A DNA stretch of 22,090 bases. It comes from Candidatus Krumholzibacteriia bacterium (GTDB taxonomy: Bacteria; Krumholzibacteriota; Krumholzibacteriia; WVZY01). The notes beneath the pieces were generated by a model. It was given only the letters and a program-made list of their open reading frames with translations, made no database searches and was not told the DNA's origin. Position numbers and translations under genes: made by a program. Every line of letters begins with the position of its first letter. Within the stretch, counting starts at the first letter, position 1. Where the stretch lies: the NCBI GenBank assembly GCA_036478295.1, contig JAZGDW010000016.1, forward strand, positions 1-22,090, read 5' to 3'. Shown here piece after piece: positions 18,042 through 22,090 of the stretch.

Positions 18042-18058
18042 CTGGAATAGAAATTGCA
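18042..18058 (+). promoter_or_regulatory. Possible sigma54 -24/-12 motif upstream of rho
   Basis: CTGGAAT-AGAAA-TTGCA has exact GG-N10-GC spacing and lies ~280 nt upstream of rho. Confidence 0.4.
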
Positions 18059-18341
18059 AGATATTTGGGACATCATCCCAGGTGAACCTTCTTTTTGAAC
18101 AGTGAAAGCTTGATCGGCCGGTACGGCCGAATTGCAGGCACCCATAGAGCTTTTACGATCTTCTGACTCAGGCCCTCTAGCTGTAGATTTCGTGCAAACA
18201 GGCCGAAGGCATAAGACAGGTAAAACAAGGACGTGGCCCGCCTTTCGACCGGGCGCGTCGACAACGTCGCTCAAGCATTCAACCTTCTAAACTATGTTAC
18301 CCCAAACCAGGAGGAATCCCATTACTACCAAGAGCGAAGGC

Positions 18342-19589
18342 ATGGACATCGCGGTCTTGAAGGAGAAGAACGTTCCCCAGCTTCTCGAAGTCGCGAACAC
18401 CCTGCGCATCGAGGGCCCAGGGGGGATGCGTAAACAAGACCTGATATTCAAAATTCTCGAAGCCCAGACACACCAAAACGGGCTCATCTTCGCCGAAGGC
18501 GTGCTGCAAGTACTGCCCGAGGGATACGGTTTTCTCAGATCGCCGGATTATAATTATCTGCCGGGACCGGACGACATCTACGTGTCGCCGTCGCAAATCA
18601 AGAAGTTCGACCTCAGGACCGGGGATACAATCTCGGGTCAGATCCGGTCGCCCAAAGACTCCGAGCGGTATTTTGCTCTGCTCCGTGTCGAAGCGGTCAA
18701 TTTCGAGCATCCCGATGTGTCGAAGACCAAACCGTTTTATGACAACCTGACGCCTCTGTACCCGGAGGAGATGCTCGATCTCGAGCACGACCCTGAAGAT
18801 ATTGCCACGCGCTTGATCAATCTTCTCGTGCCCATCGGCAAGGGACAGCGGGCACTCATCGTCGCGCCGCCCAGGACAGGCAAGACGATCCTTCTGCAGA
18901 AAATCGCCAACGCGATTTCAACCAACCAGAAGGAAGTCTACTTGATTGTGCTGCTGATCGACGAGCGGCCCGAGGAAGTGACCGATATGCAACGGTCGGT
19001 AAAAGGAGAGGTCATCAGTTCGACGTTCGACGAACCGGCCGAACGCCATGTCCAGGTCGCCGACATGGTGATAGAGAAGGCTAAACGCCTGGTGGAACAC
19101 GGCAAGGACGTTGTTATCCTGCTGGATAGTATCACCCGTTTGGCGCGTGCGCACAATTCAGTGGTGCCGCACAGCGGCAAGATCCTTTCGGGAGGTGTTG
19201 ACTCGAACGCCCTGCAGAAGCCAAAACGGTTCTTTGGTGCAGCCCGCAACATCGAGGGCAACGGCAGCCTGAGCATTATTGCCACCGCATTGATCGAAAC
19301 GGGCAGTCGCATGGACGAGGTCATCTTCGAGGAATTCAAGGGAACGGGCAACATGGAGCTGGTCCTCGACCGGCGCCTGGCCGACAAACGCACCTATCCG
19401 GCCGTTGATATCTTTAAGTCGGGAACGCGTAAAGAGGAACTGCTGATCGACAAGAAGGACCTGCCCAAGATCTGGATCTTGAGGAAGTTCCTCAACGAAA
19501 AACCGCTGCCCGAAGCGATGGATTTTCTGCTCGATAAGCTTAGCAAGACGAAGACGAATGCGCTTTTCCTCAAGTCCATGAACACCTAG
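18342..19589 (+). CDS. rho: Transcription termination factor Rho (short form, ~415 aa; start uncertain: ATG 18342, ATT 18321 or ATG 18294)
   Basis: [37 protein letters not shown]-loop [52 protein letters not shown]. Confidence 0.98.
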   Translation: MDIAVLKEKNVPQLLEVANTLRIEGPGGMRKQDLIFKILEAQTHQNGLIFAEGVLQVLPEGYGFLRSPDYNYLPGPDDIYVSPSQIKKFDLRTGDTISGQIRSPKDSERYFALLRVEAVNFEHPDVSKTKPFYDNLTPLYPEEMLDLEHDPEDIATRLINLLVPIGKGQRALIVAPPRTGKTILLQKIANAISTNQKEVYLIVLLIDERPEEVTDMQRSVKGEVISSTFDEPAERHVQVADMVIEKAKRLVEHGKDVVILLDSITRLARAHNSVVPHSGKILSGGVDSNALQKPKRFFGAARNIEGNGSLSIIATALIETGSRMDEVIFEEFKGTGNMELVLDRRLADKRTYPAVDIFKSGTRKEELLIDKKDLPKIWILRKFLNEKPLPEAMDFLLDKLSKTKTNALFLKSMNT

Positions 19590-19592
19590 TCC

Positions 19593-19633
19593 GCCCAAGG
19601 TCCGTAACCACCTTTCGGATTGGGGCTTGCTTT
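19593..19633 (+). terminator. Possible imperfect hairpin downstream of rho
   Basis: CCCAA..TCCG / CGGA-TTGGG interrupted stem followed by TTGCTTT. The loop is large and the U-tract weak. Confidence 0.25.
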
Positions 19634-19655
19634 GCCCGGCGTCACGGCTTATACT
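19627..19655 (+). promoter_or_regulatory. Sigma70-type promoter for rpmE-DUF1385-prfA
   Basis: TTGCTT (19627-19632)-N17-TATACT (19650-19655). Confidence 0.7.
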
Positions 19656-19725
19656 TTTTCCGAAGTGACAACGGCAACCCGCCCGCCCGAAGGACCGGCC
19701 CGTCGCGCGAGGTATGGAGAAACCG

Positions 19726-19935
19726 ATGAAGAAGAAAATCCATCCGAAATACGAGATGACGAAAATCACCTGTCTTTGCGGGAATGTTATCGAGACACGC
19801 TCGACCGTGGAGGACATTCACGTGGAAATCTGTTCGGCCTGCCACCCCTTTTTTACGGGGAAGCAGAAGCTGGTCGATTCCACCGGGCGGGTGGAGCGCT
19901 TCCGTAAGAAATACAACTATCAGGACTCCGACTAG
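19726..19935 (+). CDS. rpmE: 50S ribosomal protein L31 (zinc-binding type)
   Basis: [45 protein letters not shown] at 19716-19719. Confidence 0.97.
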   Translation: MKKKIHPKYEMTKITCLCGNVIETRSTVEDIHVEICSACHPFFTGKQKLVDSTGRVERFRKKYNYQDSD

Positions 19936-19975
19936 AGTCTTCCCACCCGGGACGCCCGCCAGGGCCGTCTTTCCT

Positions 19976-20884
19976 ATGTCAGATATCCGTACCAGTATCG
20001 GAGGCCAGGCGGTAATTGAAGGCGTAATGATGCGCTCGCCTACGCAGTATGCGACGGCGGTGCGCACGCCGCAGGGACGGATCGTAATTCAGAAGATACC
20101 GTTCAAGAGCCTCATCCGGCGCGTCCGCATTTTGAACATCCCCGTTATACGCGGCGCGATTACGCTGATCGAGACACTGTACATTGGCGTGCAGTCGCTG
20201 ACTTATTCGGCGACACAAGCCGCCGAAGAGGATCAAACTCAGAAAACCAAAGGGAAGTTCGGCACGTGGCTCGCGCTGACCGGGTCGGTCGTGATGGCGC
20301 TTGGCATGGGTTTCTTGCTGTTTTTCTGGCTGCCGCTTCTCTTGACGGATCTTCTAGGTGTGGAAGGCGGCGTCCTTTACAACCTGGTGGACGGGTTCTT
20401 CCGGCTGAGTATCTTTCTTCTGTATATATTCGCCATTTCGAGGTGGAAGGAAATGAACCGTGTATTTCAGTATCACGGTGCGGAACATATGACGATATAC
20501 GCGTTCGAAGCGGGGGGAGACTTGTCGACGGAGACCGCCCGCGTGCAACCGCGGCTTCATCCCCGGTGCGGGACGAGCTTTCTGATTGTGGTCATGATGG
20601 TGAGTATCATCGTGTTCGTTTTCCTGGGAAAGCCCGAGGCGCTCGCGGACCGGATGCTTCGATTCGGCATGATCCCGCTGATTGGGGGCATTTCTTTCGA
20701 GTTCATCAAGCTCTCGGCGAGCAAGCGCTTCGGTAAGATTCTGAAACCGGCGATATGGCCGGGCCTGGCCTTGCAGAAGATTACCACCCAGCCGCCGACG
20801 GAAGACATGCTCGAGGTGGCCATTGCCGCCCTCGAGGCCTGTCTCGATCACCAGGCCGTTAAGCTGCAAATTCCCGCCGGCTAA
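19976..20884 (+). CDS. DUF1385 (YqhQ-like) membrane protein
   Basis: [49 protein letters not shown]...LEVAIAAL. Usual position between rpmE and prfA. Confidence 0.9.
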   Translation: MSDIRTSIGGQAVIEGVMMRSPTQYATAVRTPQGRIVIQKIPFKSLIRRVRILNIPVIRGAITLIETLYIGVQSLTYSATQAAEEDQTQKTKGKFGTWLALTGSVVMALGMGFLLFFWLPLLLTDLLGVEGGVLYNLVDGFFRLSIFLLYIFAISRWKEMNRVFQYHGAEHMTIYAFEAGGDLSTETARVQPRLHPRCGTSFLIVVMMVSIIVFVFLGKPEALADRMLRFGMIPLIGGISFEFIKLSASKRFGKILKPAIWPGLALQKITTQPPTEDMLEVAIAALEACLDHQAVKLQIPAG

Positions 20885-20910
20885 CCCATCATCCACACCG
20901 GATCGGTGCC

Positions 20911-21972
20911 ATGAAAACTCAATCGGAGAAGATTCTCTCGAAGTTCGAGCAGTTGACTGAACGTCTTGCGGACGAGACGGTCCTCGCCGACCCGAAGAAG
21001 TACCAGGAGGTCGCCAAGAAGCGGGCGGATTTGGAGAACGCGGCGGCGGTCGCCCGCCGGCTGCTGGAGACCTACGAGACGATCGAGGACGACCGGGCGG
21101 TCGTGGCGGCGGGCGACGACCCGGAGCTGGTCGAGCTCGCGCGCAGCGAGTTGGTGGAGCTGGAGCCGCGCAGCGAGGCGCTCGAGCAAGAACTCCGTAT
21201 CCTGCTCGTGCCCAAAGACCCCAGCGATTCCAAGAATACGATCATAGAGATCCGCGCGGGCACCGGTGGTGAGGAGGCCAACCTGTTCTGCGCGGACTTG
21301 TTTCGGATGTACACCCGATTCGCCGAGATCAAGGGGTGGAAGACGGAGGTTCTCTCCAGCAACCCCACAGGCATCGGGGGATTCAAGGAAGTGATTTTTC
21401 TGGTACAGGGCAAGGATATCTTTGGCATCCTGAAATACGAAAGTGGCGTGCACCGCGTGCAGCGTGTCCCGGCGACCGAGTCGAGCGGCCGCATACACAC
21501 CTCGGCGGTATCGGTGGCGGTTCTGCCCGAAGCCGAAGAGGTGGACGTCGATCTCAACGCCAAGGACCTCAAGATCGACGTGTTTCGTTCGAGCGGGCCG
21601 GGGGGACAGAGTGTCAACACGACCGACAGCGCGGTCCGCATCACGCACGTCCCGAGCGGGCTCGTCGTTACCTGCCAGGACGAGAAATCGCAACTCAAGA
21701 ACAAGGACAAGGCGATGAGGGTGCTGCGCGCACGGCTGCTCGAGAAGGCACAGAAGGAACAAGATGATAAGCTGTCGCAGGAACGAAAGATCCAGATCGG
21801 TTCCGGCGACCGGAGTGCAAAGATCCGCACCTACAATTTTCCCCAGCAGCGCGTAACCGACCACCGCATCAATCTGACTTCACATCGCCTCAACGAGATC
21901 CTGGGCGGAGACTTGAACGACGTCATCTCCGCGCTGGCGCAGGCCGACGTGGCCGAGAAAATAAAGGGATGA
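20911..21972 (+). CDS. prfA: Peptide chain release factor 1
   Basis: [28 protein letters not shown] (RF1 PxT motif), [29 protein letters not shown]. Confidence 0.98.
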   Translation: MKTQSEKILSKFEQLTERLADETVLADPKKYQEVAKKRADLENAAAVARRLLETYETIEDDRAVVAAGDDPELVELARSELVELEPRSEALEQELRILLVPKDPSDSKNTIIEIRAGTGGEEANLFCADLFRMYTRFAEIKGWKTEVLSSNPTGIGGFKEVIFLVQGKDIFGILKYESGVHRVQRVPATESSGRIHTSAVSVAVLPEAEEVDVDLNAKDLKIDVFRSSGPGGQSVNTTDSAVRITHVPSGLVVTCQDEKSQLKNKDKAMRVLRARLLEKAQKEQDDKLSQERKIQIGSGDRSAKIRTYNFPQQRVTDHRINLTSHRLNEILGGDLNDVISALAQADVAEKIKG

Positions 21973-21985
21973 GCCCGGATCGGCG

Positions 21986-22062
21986 GCGGCGCGCGACTAG
22001 TGGGTTCCGCCCCGCGCGCCGCTTCGCTCGGCTACCCACGGCTCGATGCGGGTGGCAGCGAA
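21986..22062. repeat. Tandem GC-rich inverted repeats downstream of prfA
   Basis: Perfect 10-bp stem GCGGCGCGCG (21986-21995)/CGCGCGCCGC (22013-22022). Second hairpin TTCGCT..GCTACCC (22023-22037)/GGGTGGC-AGCGAA (22050-22062). Confidence 0.55.
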
Positions 22063-22090
22063 CGGGCGCCCGGCCGCGCGCAGCCTGCGA

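Noticed and set aside
18083..18150. TGAACC...GGCACCCA motifs reminiscent of Firmicutes-type 6S RNA
   Set aside because: No complementary GGTTCA or closing stem was found downstream. Treated only as part of the rho leader.
18190..18240. GCAAAC...GAAG...GAC resembling a c-di-GMP-I riboswitch
   Set aside because: There is no proper P2 stem with a GNRA loop, and no GCAAA/CUAA receptor arrangement.

Overview
Bacterial chromosomal window of moderately high GC with no mobile element, rRNA, tRNA or CRISPR array. It has four parts. (1) A nitrogen-control trio: the 3' end of glnD, a convergent glnE and a divergent glnB (PII), with tsaD directly behind glnB. (2) An ~8.5 kb five-gene cyclic-dinucleotide/two-component operon behind a well-formed sigma54 (-24/-12) motif. 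It encodes a REC-GGDEF cyclase, a small sensorless histidine kinase, two paralogous ~1000-aa TM-GAF-HisKA-HATPase-GAF-HD-GYP hybrids with degenerate HD-GYP metal sites, and a single-domain receiver. (3) priA, a promoter-rich intergenic region holding a candidate ~180-nt structured RNA, and a TPR lipoprotein gene. (4) The conserved rho-rpmE-DUF1385-prfA cluster. The strongest candidate for an undescribed system is the tandem kinase/degenerate-HD-GYP pair with its cyclase, a possible c-di-GMP feedback circuit. Also notable are apparently leaderless priA and glnE, a possible AUU start for rho, and an eroded C-terminal GlnE domain. All domain calls are motif recognition by eye; no searches were run.
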